Assembly: GCA_038845975.1 (NCBI GenBank)
Contig: JAWBQF010000009.1
Coordinates: 1-64,000, forward strand
Direction: 5' to 3'
Source: Candidatus Methanomethylicia archaeon
Lineage (GTDB): Archaea; Thermoproteota; Methanomethylicia; CALHIW01
DNA: 64,000 bases
Shown: piece by piece, positions 63,201 to 64,000 of the stretch
How the letters are laid out: each line of letters opens with the position of its first letter
Position numbering within the stretch: position 1 is the first letter of the stretch
Notes under the pieces: generated by a model
What the model was told of the DNA's origin: nothing
What the model saw: the letters and a program-made list of their open reading frames with translations, nothing else
The model's database searches: none
Program-made: the position numbers and the translations under genes

Positions 63201-63998
63201 TTATAGCTGAAATGGTTTAAAAATGTAGCCTTCTCCTTTATAGAATTTGAGAAACCACTCAACCCAATGTAGACGTAAAGCTTGCATAAATGTTGCAAGA
63301 AGTTCTAGTGTCATTATTAGAAATGTTGCCAGCGGTAATGATAAATATATATATATTGATCCTTTACCCATTAAGCCTATTTGACTTATTGCCCAGTGTA
63401 CTAAATGAAATGCAAAAATTCTTAAATACGAGATTGTGTTTGATATTGAAGCAATTAAATGTTCAAGAGATTCCCCTAAAGCCTCAGTAAAGCCTTCAAT
63501 AAAGATTCTAACAGTAAACATAGTTATGGCTGGAACTATAAGAAGATATAGAGGGGATACTGGCAGAAATGAAGGGTTTTTAGCGCTGAATACATCAGAT
63601 AACAACTGTGAAACTCTTGTTGTTGGATTAAAATCATATAATGTAAATAGAACTGTAAGTGTACCGTAGAACCACAACCATAATACAGGTCCTGAGAACA
63701 TATGTTTATATTCCTTCTCTGTAATCTTATTTATAATATCTAGTACTAAGCCAAAGATTATATGAAGCATACCTATGTATATACATAATTTCATCAATAT
63801 TATAAACCATCGATGTTCAGCTACCTCTTCTTCCAGGCCAGAAAGACCTAATATTGAATATATAGGTTTTCCATTTATATTAGTTAATGCTTTAAACCAT
63901 TCATTACTGCCTAAAAACTCACCATACAAGAAACCGAAAAATATCGAGAATACAGCGCAGATTATAAGAATATCTGCACCTTGTACTATCGGTCTAAA
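63201..63998 (-). CDS. atpI: A-type ATP synthase subunit I (a), C-terminal part; runs off window
   Basis: Frame open to window end (SIFFGFLYGEFLG); SNTISYLRIFAF, QALRLHWVEWFLKFYKGEG. Confidence 0.93.
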   Translation of the reverse strand, partial: FRPIVQGADILIICAVFSIFFGFLYGEFLGSNEWFKALTNINGKPIYSILGLSGLEEEVAEHRWFIILMKLCIYIGMLHIIFGLVLDIINKITEKEYKHMFSGPVLWLWFYGTLTVLFTLYDFNPTTRVSQLLSDVFSAKNPSFLPVSPLYLLIVPAITMFTVRIFIEGFTEALGESLEHLIASISNTISYLRIFAFHLVHWAISQIGLMGKGSIYIYLSLPLATFLIMTLELLATFMQALRLHWVEWFLKFYKGEGYIFKPFQL

Positions 63999-64000
63999 AA

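Noticed and set aside
419-63669. Many short ORFs antisense to or overlapping strong genes (e.g. 419..670, 8927..9244, 46105..46536, 54006..54464, 61324..61653)
   Set aside because: Shadow ORFs of well-supported genes with no motifs of their own.

Overview
This window looks like a chromosomal segment of an AT-rich archaeon, most likely TACK/Thermoproteota (inferred from rpS25e, Rpo6, TBP, thermosome, class I LysRS, a CdvA-like gene and A-type ATP synthase genes). Genes are mostly housekeeping: thrB-ask-asd, pyrB-C-K-D-I, class II RNR, serS/lysS/asnS, tRNA modification, ether-lipid enzymes, glycosyltransferases and two KaiC-like ATPases. Summing the called CDS gives only about 44 kb of 64 kb (about 69% coding). 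Many spacers contain IS relics: IS6-like in three size classes (about 700-735, 420 and 57-59 bp), an IS5/IS903-like copy, IS1595-like copies and an identical 111-bp repeat flanking serS. Main leads: (1) a divergent CdvA-like / CdvB-like winged-helix pair with a central palindrome, plus a 57-aa CdrS/aCcr-like RHH gene missed by the ORF track, divergent from a KaiC-like ATPase; (2) thrB lacks an in-frame start and overlaps two tiny uORFs rich in aspartate-family residues; (3) about 58-bp ends-only IS6 mini-elements; (4) a G/T-to-A/C polarity shared by unrelated mobile elements; (5) a candidate sRNA divergent from gar1. I found no tRNA, rRNA or CRISPR array. All family assignments come from motif recognition by eye, not database searches.
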